Origin: Malacoraja senta
Lineage: Eukaryota
Reading direction: 5' to 3'
Assembly: GCA_038087875.1 (NCBI GenBank)
Contig: CM075989.1
Location: forward strand, 11,596,001 to 11,660,000
Length of the DNA stretch: 64,000 nucleotides
In this document: piece after piece, positions 41,670 to 53,496 of the stretch
Layout of the letters: each line of letters opens with the position of its first letter
How positions within the stretch are numbered: position 1 is the first letter of the stretch
Notes under the pieces: generated by a model
Seen by the model: the letters and a program-made list of their open reading frames with translations, nothing else
What the model was told of the DNA's origin: nothing
The model's database searches: none
Program-made: the position numbers and the translations under genes

Positions 41670-43090
41670 AAATTGGGATAAGAAGTAGGTCACCAGGCCC
41701 CACTAGCCTGGTCCGCCATTCCATGTCACAGTGACTCGCTTAACTTCATTCTTGACTACCCAGGACACCATATCATCCCATTTCCTTATCAAAGATCCAG
41801 CTGTTTCTCTTAAAAATATTCAGAGTCTTTCTCTGCCTTTTAAGGAGGAGAGTCCCAAAGGCAAGTGACCACTGAGCAAAAAATCTCCACTCTTTGTTTT
41901 AAATAGTGGAACCCTTTATTTTTGAATAATGAATCCTCGTTCACATTTTCCCACAAGAGGAAACATCTCCCTCATATTCACGCTGTCAAGAAATTTAGGG
42001 CTCTTACATGTTTAAATCACGTCTAAATTCCAGTGGATACAAGCTGAACCTACCCAATATTGCCTCTTCAAACAATAGGTATCAGTCTAATTCATTACAT
42101 CTTTGAACTACATCTAACAAATTAAAATCCTCCTTCAAATAAGGGGGCCGGTACTATGCACATATTCCAAATATAGTCTCACCAATGCTGCATATAACTG
42201 AAGCATGACCTTCTACTTCTGTATTTAATTTGCCTGGATTAACAAATAACATTCTGTTATCTTTACTAGCTGCCTTTTGTATCTGTATACCATCCTTACA
42301 TCACGCAACAGGATATACCCTTCCTTCTCTATCTCAGGGCTCTGCAGTCTGTCACAATTTAGATAATATACTTCACTGTTACTTTCCCAGATGAAGTGGA
42401 TAATTTCACATTTTCTTTAATTATACTCCATTTGGTCAGATTTTCCTCCATTCACAACCACTTGATACCCCTTGGAGCCTCCTCTGCCCGCTTGATAATT
42501 ACTATCTTAGTATCATTGGCACTGCGCTCCAGATAACCTATGTCCACATCAATGTTACCTTCCTTCGTGAGCTTTCATTTTCCTCAATGACCTCTGATGC
42601 AACACTTATCATTGTCGCTGGTTCCCCTTTATACACAGAGCAAATTACTTCTTCAAAGAGCTTCAATCAGTCAAACATAATTCCCCTTCACCTAAACCAT
42701 GTTGATTTAAACTGATCACTTTGAATTTTCCTAAATGTTTTGTGATTACATCTTCAGTAATAGCTCTTAACATTCTCCCTGAGAAAGCTGATTGACCTAT
42801 GGTTCCCTTTTTTGTATCTCTCGCTCTCTTGGAATGGAACATTCAGCAAATCAAGGGAAGTTTTAAAAAAACAGAAGTAAATGCATCAGCTATCTCACTG
42901 GTCTCTTTTTTTGGACCCTTGGATGAAATCCTTCAGGACCCTGTGACTTGTCCACCATCTGCCCCAACAATTTGCTCAGTGTCACTTCCCTGGTGATTGC
43001 AATGTTCCTTCTAGTTCAGAATTATTTCTGGGATGTTACTTGTATTCTCAGTGATGAAAACTGATGCAAAATGTTCATCTGCTATTTCTT
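41670..43090 (-). mobile_element. Old CR1 LINE fragment
   Basis: Reverse-complement CR1-like phrases (e.g. CATATTCCAAATATAGTCTCACCAATG, TTATACTCCATTTG), heavily diverged. Confidence 0.6.
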
Positions 43091-44712
43091 CATCCTTCCT
43101 GGCCATTCCTTCAGCTGCTGGGGACCTAAACTCTGGAATTCCCTCCATAAATCTCTTTGTCCCTCTGTCTCTCTTTCATTTTGTAAAGATGCTGGCTAGA
43201 ACTTAATCCCTTGTCCAAGCTAACAGTCACCCATTCTGGTATCATTATATGCAGCCAATCTACAACAGACGTTGATGAGGCTCCCGTGAAGAGGTTTTGC
43301 ATATTTTGCTTTTTAAAGACGCTGTATAAATGAAAGTTGTTGTTTATGCAATGAATATCAGCCCTCTTTGGCCTTGACATGTTTCAAAGCCAGATTAATG
43401 AGACCAAGTAAAACCAGACTGAATGATTGATTTGACATGAGCAGACCGATGAGCTAATTGAAGCAACTGAGTCTTGATTAAAACGGTTAATCTTTCTTCA
43501 TTAAAGCAATCTGAATATTTGGGATTATCCTTTTTTACCAGGGTATAATCAGATCTGATGCTCTACGACTGAAGAAACACTGAGAAAAGTCCTAACATCC
43601 AATCAAAGATACCCTGTTGCTTCCTTTAATTTTATACACAGATGGTACAGAAAACAATGCACCACATACAGAGCGCACCTGATCATAAAGGTCTAGCACT
43701 GCTCACTGCAAGGACCAGCACCAAAGGATGACCTCGAATCTGGAACTGGGATCAGGAGAACACTATCCCCTGACCATTGTGTTCATTCCATTTTGTGCAT
43801 TCTTTGTACGGATAATATTTAATGTGAGTGAATTACATGTCAGGATGATATATGAAAATAGGAACAAGGAATTGCAAATGCTGGTTTACAAAAAGACAGT
43901 GCTGGAGTAACTCAGCAGGTCAGGCAGCATCTCTGGTAAATGTGGATAGGTGATATTTCGGGTCTGGACCGTTCTTCAGACACACGCATCAGCTATCCAT
44001 GTTCTCCAGAGATGTTGCCTTACCCGCTGAGTTACTCCAGCACTTTGTGTCATTTTTATGACATATTAGTATATTGTCCACACCTATTGTTCTCTGGTAT
44101 ATTTTTATGAGGCAGATGAAGGAAGGAGGATCAACATTTTCACCTGCATATCTTCCTTAGGGTAATGGAGTCAGAAACTAGATGGCATAGGAGTAAAGTA
44201 AAATGAAAAATATTCAAAAAGGACCTGAGGGGCAATTTTCTCACACGCATATACATATGCATATATGAATATATATAAAGCAAGCTGCCATGAGAGGTGG
44301 TAAAGGCAGGTACAACTACAACATTTAAAAGGCACGGGCAGGTACATGGATAGGGAGATTTGGGCCATGGGCCAGATACAGGCAAGTGGGACTGGTTCAG
44401 TTAAGTAACTTGGTTGGCATGGATGAGTTGGGACAAAGGGCCTATTCCCTGCTATATAACTCTATGATGTTATTTGGAACGCCCCATGTTTTTTTCAATG
44501 TTTCTATAAATGTTAATAAATGTTTCTATAAATGTTAATATATTCCCTTGTGCATATATCCTTCCATGGTCTCCTCCTTCCTTGTCGCTGTATTTTCACT
44601 GTTTTCAATTCCCCATCTCCCCACATATGTGGGCTTGACAAATGTTGTCCTCTTGTGTATTGCTGCTTTCAATTGTTCCATCACTGAGGAATGTGTATTT
44701 CCTCAAAATATC

Positions 44713-44959
<247 letters not shown>

Positions 44960-46029
44960 ATTAAATGCTACATTATCATTTGGTCTCATCCTACCAGAGA
45001 CATTCTGTTTGTTCTACCCATTCCTCTCCCACTTTCTCTTCTGCTAAAAAAAACGAACTTGGATTCTTTATTTCCCAGTTCTGACAAATGATTCCAGACC
45101 TGAAATGTTAATTGTTGTTCTGTCCACAGTTACTGTCAGACCTGCTGAGTATTTCCACTAGTTTCTGTTTTGGTATTGGTTTATTATTGTCATGTGTACT
45201 GAGATACAGAATCCCCTCCAGTAACTTACTCACCACTAATGTTTAGCTCACCGGTCTGTAGATCCCAGACTTTTCCTTATGGCCTTTCTTAAATAGAGAT
45301 ACAATGTTGGCCACCCTCCCGTCTTCCGGCACTTCACCTGTGCCTATCGATAATAGAAATATATCTTCATCACTGTACTAGGTGTACAAAACAGAAGAAG
45401 GAACTCAGTGAGATAAGCAGTATCTGTGGAATAATAGGAATTGTCAATGTTTCAGGTCATGACCCTGCATCTGGATGCATAACTTTGACTATTCCTTTCT
45501 CTTAACTCCATATTTTGGTTGACGCGCTGAGTTCCTCCAGCAGTGTTGTTTTTCTGCAGATTACAGCATCTGCAATACCTCTCTACTTGGTGCTTGTGTG
45601 AGTGAGCTAATGATCGTTGGTTTCAGTTCCACCATGGGGCTGCCTGAAAATTTAATCAGGTTATAGAAACCTAAAAACGTGAAGTTAGTCTTTGAAAGTG
45701 ACCACAAATCTAACATGGCCGATCTTTTGCCTCAGTCCCATTTCCTGCATTAATACCACATCCCTCAACTATCTTAATATCCCAAAATATATTTGGCTCA
45801 TCTGCTTTTGGGAAGGAAACTTGAAACTCCAGTCTAGATGGGATGACTGATTCCTGCTTGGCCTCCAAGGTGGCCTAGTGAAGCAGTCGATTGGTTCAAC
45901 CATCACCCCACGTGGAAATAATGGTTTGAGTTGAATGTTCATTGTCTCCTTCAAGATAAATGGAGAGGAGCAGAATCTGCACCAAAGTCTTCACCTTGGA
46001 TCTCATTTGAAATGTTGCTGGGAATGTAC

Positions 46030-46446
46030 CATGTGCAGAAAGTAGTGATTGTGTAAATCAAGCAACCTTGCCGTGCTTGAGTTGATAGGGATGTAAAGGT
46101 TACATTCCAGAAATGCGGCTGCCACTCCCAAAGTAGTACTTACAATGTAAAATTACCTCTGTGCAATGACAATAAAACATATTATTATTATTATTAAATG
46201 TAAACCCGGTATTGAACCATCTCCAATTCTTAACACCAACCAAATAGTTATTTCTTATTCGCCATATAAATCACAAAATTGCAGAAATTAAAACAATTTA
46301 AGATTATGTTTGGTTTTTAGGTAATGTTGCAAAGGTTGATTCAGAGAAAATTACGGGGCTCATAACACAATTCCAACCTTTACATCCCTATCAACTCAAG
46401 CACGGCAAGGTTGCTTGATTTACACAATCACTACTTTCTGCACATG
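46030..46446. repeat. Perfect 72-bp inverted repeat (46030-46101 / 46375-46446)
   Basis: The arms are exact reverse complements with a 273-bp spacer. Confidence 0.95.
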
Positions 46447-46669
46447 ATATCACAGAGCTAGCCCCACCTATTTAATCAGAGAGATTTATAAATATCTATC
46501 TGTCTAAAAGACAATCGATCGATTCAGAGGCCACTGGGACTTTTGGCATATCGACAAGCCTCTTCCATTCCCCCTGTCATGACCTAGCAACTGAAACTGG
46601 CTCTTGGACAATTGGTGGACCTGTGGTTGTGTGTAACTCTAGCTTCCTTCAATAGCACTGCCCATCTCC

Positions 46670-47548
46670 TCTCATATTTGCTTGTTCATAATCAAAGACC
46701 TTTCCCATTCCAATCATTCCTTCCTTTCCCAGCTTCCATCGGGCAGAAGGTACAGAAGCTTGAAAGCATGCATCACCAGACTCAGGGACAGCTTCTTCCC
46801 CCCGGTTATCAGGTTTGAACAATCCTTCCATAACCTAGGGCAGAATGCACTTCTCCTCCAGCTCGCTGCTTACATTGAACTGTCTCTGGGACATTTGCAC
46901 TCTAATGCTGAGAACTATAGTTTGCTCTCTGTATCTTTCCCTTTGCTCTACTTGAGTTTGGTTTGATTGTTTTTATGTATATTATTATCTGATTTGGAAC
47001 AAGTTTATTCATGGATAACCCCTTGAGATGGACAGTCATCTCGTTTTCGAGGGGGTCCAACATAGAAATACAGCACAAGACATAACATACATAGAGGCTC
47101 TCATTGACCCACCTACCCACACACCAATCCCAAAACCCCTCCATCCCCACTTGTTATAGTTTATAACAATTGTTAATTAACTTTACAAATCCAATAATAA
47201 CAAAAGTTATGTGTTACAGCATAATGTTAGTGCATAATACCATATACCACCTATCATACATCGTACGTTAATACATACTATCAACATTATTACATAATAT
47301 ATGATTTCATGATATTGTGACATAATACAATATAAGACCTTGTTACACTATGCAATACAATAATACATAAGTGTAATGGCCATGCATATACAATAGTTAT
47401 GCCAAATGATCACACTCAGAGCAAGCTAGATAAAGGAACTCGAAGTCTCTAATACTAGAAACTACTAGATTTCATTTGATAGCATACAAAACAAAGCTTT
47501 TCATTGTACATCTGTACAGGTGATAATAATAAACCTAAACCTAAACCC
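46670..47548 (+). mobile_element. Rex1-like 3' end with (CTAAAC)n tail, interrupted by an antisense LINE 3' end (about 46999-47478)
   Basis: IKDLSHSNHS...LPSGRRYRSLK...RLRDSFFP motif. The inserted segment has AATAAA and a stem-loop (CCCCTTGAGATG...CATCTC...GAGGGG) on the minus strand. Confidence 0.6.
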
Positions 47549-50284
47549 AAATACTGCTGTAGTTACATTCCAGAAATGCGGCTGCCAGTCCCAAAATAGT
47601 ACTTGCAATTATTGTCATGTTAAAGCCAGGTTATTTTGCCACTTCAAGCAAGAAACAAGTGACTTCCTCCTTCCCTTTCAGAAAAGGGGAGCCCCAGCAA
47701 AAGCAATTATTTCTGTGACCCACAGAATGATTAGAAGAGTATGGGAAAAGGACAGTAATCCGTCAACAAAGACGTTTCTGATTAAATATTCCTTGCCATC
47801 TGGTCAAGGAATAATGGAGAACAGAAATCTGGATAAATATTCTGGCTGTCAGAGCAGCATTGGTCAATAAAGGACTTTGTTTCAGGAGGCCATCTGGTCA
47901 TGGAATAATGGATAACTGAAATCAGGATAAATATTCTTCAGCTTTACTTGGTTACGATGTCAGGGCAGGCCTCTCTCAGTCTGCTGTCCTGTACCTTGGT
48001 AAACCAGCACAATGATACCAGGGAAAACCGCACCAGCCCATCCAGCCTCTCCCTGTAGCTAATAGTCTCACATCCTGGTAACATCCTTGTGAATCTTCAC
48101 TGTCAGGTCCTCACTATGACCTGAATTATCCCTGCTCAGGAATCTTATCATGTATGTATACACTGTAGATGGTTCGATTAAAATCATGTATTGTCTTTCC
48201 ACTGACTGGATTGCGTGTAACAAAAGCTTTTCACTGTACCTCAGTACATGTGACAATAAACTAAACTAACTGACTAATCTCGACCTCTCTTTCAAACAGA
48301 AATAAGATATTCCACAAGCATGCTTTGTTAATATGGCAGAACTCCTTTGAAAAGTATACAAATTGTTTATGTAGTTTAGTTTAGTTCAGTTAACTTATTT
48401 AGTTTAGAAAAAAACAGCATGGAAACAGGCCCTTCGGTCCACCGGGTCCATGCCGACCATCGATCACCCATTCACACTAGTTTTTATCTTATTTCACATC
48501 CACTCCTTGCACACTAGGAGCAATATTTGTAGAGACTAATTAACCTACTAACCAGTTTAAGCAATTCAGCCCCCGAGAACTGAATACATATAGCACAATC
48601 AAACAATGTAAATATTAATCATTTGCAGATTTATCTGTCTTGTTGTCCAAAGCTCAGCCGCAATTTTTAGTCCATCCTACAATTTACATACAATGTTGGT
48701 TATTCAACTAATCTAACAAACCCTTGCTCTATTTTACAAACCACAGTTATCTGGTTACTCTTGTTTTGTAGCTATTATTATCTGCTTTGCAATAAAAGAA
48801 AATGCTGCAAACACATCAGGCAGCTTCAATGGAGAAAAAAACAGAATTACATTTCAGGTCAATGACCCTTCATCATAATTGGGAAACATTGGAGAGGGAA
48901 ATTTTAAGATGGCGAGAAAGGGCAGAGATGAAAATACAGGAAAAGGGCTTAAATGGCCTTTACCAGTTCTCTGATCTCTTAAATTCCCTCCTACATTTCC
49001 CCCTCTCAACGAGCATTACCATTCTCCTTTGTTCTCACCTCTTCATCCAAGCTTTTGATCAAAGGAGCCAATCCGTCCTTCTGTACTTTGACATTTACCC
49101 TTATTGCTAAATCTCTTTTGAAACAACTTGGACAGTCTTGCTGCATTAAAGAATGCCATATGAATTAAGGTTACCGGGTAAAATGTCAACACTGACATTA
49201 CCGGTTGGGCCAGTGTTTCCATGTTGAACATTTTCAGTGATCCTTGATCCACTGTTACTTAGAGATTATATCGCATTTGATCTCAGTAACACACTGTGAT
49301 ACGCTGAGAGGATATGAAAGTTGATATAGAAATACTTTTTTTTTGCATGGAGATTTGCACATTATACTGTGCTATTGCCCAATGTTTCAACACAATGTTG
49401 TTGAATATCAATTTCCTATGCAGTGATCGGTTTCCACTATTCGCTGCTGTGAGAGGTTTTGTTTGACTTTCCCTCCCCTTCACTGTTTCTGAGAATTGCC
49501 TGCTACCAAATCCCCTGTTCTTCCACTTTTTCCTTTGCGGCCACTGGATGGCACTTTGAGTGAAGGAGATCAGAATGAGAGTGCCTTGTGATTCTGACTG
49601 CCCACAGCCAACAGTGGCGGCAGCGGAGAATTTTAACACCACCACACTCTTATCGATTAGACTTGCAGAGATTCCCGGAAGTGCAATGCAATATCCCTTC
49701 AATGCTCCGAAGCTCACTGAGGCCTTGGAGATTTCAAGGGGGATTCTGTAAGCCCAAATCACAAAGCCATTACTCCACATCCTACTGGTAAAAGTGAATT
49801 TTACTGGATAAGACTTACAATTATAGAGACCAGAAATGTACCTGTTACATTGTGTGATCTAACCAAAGTTCTATACTAGTTTCACTGTGGTTTGAATTTA
49901 TTCCTCTGAATAACAATCCCCATTGATCTCCTTATAATTCCACCTCCATATTGAAATGTGCAGGTAGTTTTAGTAACTCGTGTCTCTGGGCTCAGGATCC
50001 CTTTGCTCCTCCAGTCCACTTCCAACAGTGATCTTCCAAACCCGGACCTGGAGCCAGGAATAGAAGGGACAACCGGTGCAGTGGAACACCACCACCCAAA
50101 GGCTCCCTCCAAACACTGCATTACCCTGACCTGGAAATACGTCGTTGTTCTTTCACCGATGTTGAATCTAAATCCTGGAACTCCCTCCCCAGCAGCAGCG
50201 AGAACCCGCAGCAGAAGGACCTCAGTGATTCATGGCAGCACACCACACTCTGTCAAGGACAATTAGGGGTGGACAATAAATAAG

Positions 50285-50605
50285 AGTGGCACGATGGCGC
50301 AGCGGTAGAGCTACTGCCTCACAGTGCTAGAGTCCCAGGTCCGGAGTACCAGCCCTGATTACGGGTGCTGTCTGTGCGGAATTTGTACATTCTCCCTGCG
50401 GCCGCGTGGGTTTTCTCCGGATGCTCCGGTTTCCTCCCACACGTTAAAGACGTGCAGGTTTGTAGGTTAATTAGCTTCTGTAAAGTATCACTAATGTGTA
50501 GGAAGTGCCACGAAAGTGGCCTAACATAGAGGTGATTGATGGTGAGCTAGGACTTGGTGGTTTGAAGGGCCTGTTTGTTTCTATGCTGTGTTTCTAAACT
50601 AAATC
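50285..50605 (+). mobile_element. tRNA-derived V-SINE (HE1-like), near full length
   Basis: A-box TGGCGCAGCGGTAG; V-domain TCTGTGCGGAATTTGTACATTCTCCC...GCTCCGGTTTCCTCCCACA; CR1-like tail GAAGGGCCTGTTT...CTAAACTAAA. Confidence 0.85.
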
Positions 50606-51929
50606 TCTACATAAATACTGGCTTGCAGAATGGGCTACCAATTTCTTCCTGGTTTTATACGCACCTCTGCAAATAGAAGTTTCAACATCATCAATATTCT
50701 GAAAAAACATTACTTGCAATTATTAACTTTAGTACCTGTTAATAGAAAGTATTTCATATTTACTCCAGAGCAAAGTTTCCCATTGGATTTGTTCCCTTTC
50801 AAGGACGTATTGGACGGAGTGTTTGTTGTCTCCAGGAGGGGGCAGCGTTTCCCACTTTAATTCTCATTGCAGCGACTGATCGCTGCCTCTCAGTGAACGT
50901 TTGACTCTTTCAAAGGTAAAATCTGAGCAAAATCGATTCACAGCAAAACATTATGCCTTTGAGCAGAAACATTTTCTGTTTGAACTAAAGCAAGCACTCG
51001 CAATGTGATTTTTTTTACCAGCAGATGCTATGCAATCAAATTCTTTGAACTAATTTGATGCCTCTTAAATGTTCATATATATATATATATATATCGGTTT
51101 TCCTACAGCATAGTGGTTCTGACCCTAACCAGTTTTAAGAAGGGTCTCGACCCGAAACGTCACCCTTTCCTTTTCTCCAGAGACGCTGCCTGTCCCGCTC
51201 AATTACTCCAGCTTTTTGTGTCTACCTTCGGTTTAAACCAGCATCTGCAGTTCCTTCTTATACATAGTGGTTCTGTTCCTGGACTAGACATATAGCGAAC
51301 GGGGTTAAAATTCTGATGTGGTGATTTGCGAGTTTAAATTCGCATTAAAACAGAATTGCAAATGAAAACTTGGTCTCAGCATAAGTGGCCGCATCTCTGT
51401 CAGTTTGTGTGACAGCCCATCTGGTTCATAGCGTCCAACAGGAAGAACACCTGCCACTCCCTCCCAGGGGAACGTGACTCGGCTACTACACTGGCAGATT
51501 TGTCTGCTATAACTTCCCTCTGAAGGGCCCTGTCTTATCAAACTGCTTGCCCAGTTTCTCAGGGTCAGCAATGAAAGGTCCCCAGAAGTGTGTTTTTTTA
51601 CATCCCCCTGCGTGGACGACTGCAACTTTTGTCTCGATTCGTTTGCAGTTGGGTCTCTTGACACTTGAAGAAGAGTCGAAGCTGACTCTCACTGCAAGAC
51701 AAGTCAAGTCGAGCTTCTTGTCATATGCGTAGATGGTGAGGTACAGGTACAATGAAGAACTGAAGGAGTGATGCACTGGGCTGGGATTGTGATTGGGAAA
51801 TGTCCAGGGTTCACGCAAAGCTACCACTGTAATTCTCTCGACAGAAGTGCCAGCTGGTTTCGGGGCTCCAGTGTGGACACAGGTCCTACATTTACTGGTC
51901 GAGTTCTGTCAGCCATTCCATGGGCTCCT

Positions 51930-52312
51930 CGTGAAGTCCAGTGTTGAAGCAGAACCACGCCGCGTGGAAGCCTGGGTCGGGGCCTCGCGGGTCGGCGAAG
52001 CGGCCGGCGGGGCCCATGGCCAGGGTCCAAAGATTATAGAGCAGAGCACCACGGAGGCGGGAAATGGGGCGTCAACAGCGGTGAGGCCTCGCGATGATGG
52101 GGCCTAGGCGGTGGTGAAGCCTCGCGGCGGCGGCGATGCCTCGCGGGTCGACGGTCGATGAGAGCGTGGAGAACCACCGTGAGGGAAGAACAATGGGGGC
52201 CCGACGGGGATGGACTGTAAGGGTGGGAGGGGAACAAAAGAGGGAGCCGGTGTGCTTTGTAACCTTGTCAGCGCCGTGGGTGGCTGCTATTTGTATACAC
52301 TGTGCCTAGTCA
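51930..52312 (+). repeat. Unclassified GC-rich interspersed repeat 3' end, interrupted by the L2 insertion (continues 53128-53165)
   Basis: The flanks of the L2 rejoin as ...CACTGTGCCTAGTCACATGACAGTAAAGTATTCC, resembling retroposon tails elsewhere in the window (e.g. 48230-48270). Confidence 0.45.
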
Positions 52313-53127
52313 ATCAAATTGATAGCAGGCAGCCTTGGAAGCCTTACCCCACTACTCAAACCTCACGTCAAAAACCTTGGCGTGATATTTGACTCAGCAC
52401 TGAAATTTGACAAACAAGTCAATGCCGTGGTAAAAGCTAGCTTCTTTCAGCTTCAGACGATAGCTAAAATAAAACAATTCCTCCAGTTTGATGACCTGGA
52501 AAAGATCATCCACACATTCATCTCCTCCCGCCTAGATTACTGCAACTCCCTTTACACTGGCATCAGCCAATCTTCCCTGTCCCGCCTGCAACTGGTCCAA
52601 AACGCCACAGCGAGGCTCCTGACGGGCACCCGAAAAAGGGACCACATCACCCCGATCCTGGCCTCTCTCCACTGGCTCCCTGTGCGGTTCCATATAAACT
52701 TCAAGATCCTCCTCCATGTCTACAAAGCCCTCAATGGGCTTGCCCCCACCACATAAAAAGTCTTCTCACCCACCACTCCACCTTCAGGCCCCTCAGATCG
52801 GCCGACTTGGGGTTGCTGAATATCCCATGGTCTAGGCATAAGCTCAGGGGCGACCGCGCCTTTGCGGTTGCAGCCCCTAGACTGTGGAACAGCATCCCCT
52901 TTCCCATCAGAACCGCCCCCTCCATCGACTCTTTTAAGTCAAGACTAAAGACTTATCTATACTCCCAAGCCTTTCCTGACGTCCTCTGAGTGAGGGCTAC
53001 ATGTATATATGTATGTAGTTTGTTTTGTTGTGCTATTCTTATAACAAATGTAAAGCACTTTGGCCAACGAGAGTTGTTTTTTAAATGTGCTATATAAATA
53101 AATGTGACTTGACTTGACTTGACTTGA
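52313..53127 (+). mobile_element. L2-clade LINE, 5'-truncated 3' end
   Basis: KNLGVIFDS...SRLDYCNSL...LHWLPV...APRLWNS...FKSRLKT, typical of the L2 ORF2 C-terminus. (GACTT)n tail at 53106-53127; CTAGTCA duplicated at 52306-52312 and 53128-53134. Confidence 0.88.
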
Positions 53128-53316
53128 CTAGTCACATGACAGTAAAGTATTCCTTCCTATCCTATGCTTAGATGTAACACTGCTCACAGATGCCGTGTAG
53201 CATTGCCGCCAGTGCTGCTACTGCACAGCTTCAGTGACTGGGAACAGGACTGATAGAATTACTTGCTGAAAATGGCGTGAATGTGAAGGGCCAAAAAACC
53301 TCTTCTAATATCATGG

Positions 53317-53496
53317 TGTAGCGGCGCCACCTAGCGCACGCAGATATCGAACCCGGCGTTCGGAAGCCGCGGTCACGTTGTTTTCGGAGGGGCCGTTTTC
53401 GCGCGGTTTTCCCTTGGCGCGAGTTAGTTGAGTGCTGACAAACCTGTGTACTGCAACTTACTTTCGAATAAAGTTTTGGTTGAAACTCCAGTAGTC
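53317..53496 (+). repeat. 5' LTR (3'-truncated)
   Basis: Matches the 3' LTR from TGTAGCGGCGCCACC to ...TCCAGTAGTC, then joins directly to protease codons; AATAAA at 53467. Confidence 0.9.

Noticed and set aside
44497..44540. 22-bp tandem duplication
   Set aside because: Ordinary slippage duplication with no further structure.
47531..47548. Telomere-like repeat (CTAAAC)n
   Set aside because: Not TTAGGG/CCCTAA; it is the simple-repeat tail of a retroposon.
47778..47937. CRISPR-like repeat-spacer-repeat appearance
   Set aside because: Only two full, diverged units, no cas genes, vertebrate context.
49283..49790. 165-aa minus-strand ORF and a possible plus-strand exon
   Set aside because: No recognisable homology or coherent exon chain.
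50285..50360. tRNA gene
   Set aside because: tRNA-like head only (A box, degenerate B box), continuing into the V-SINE body and tail.
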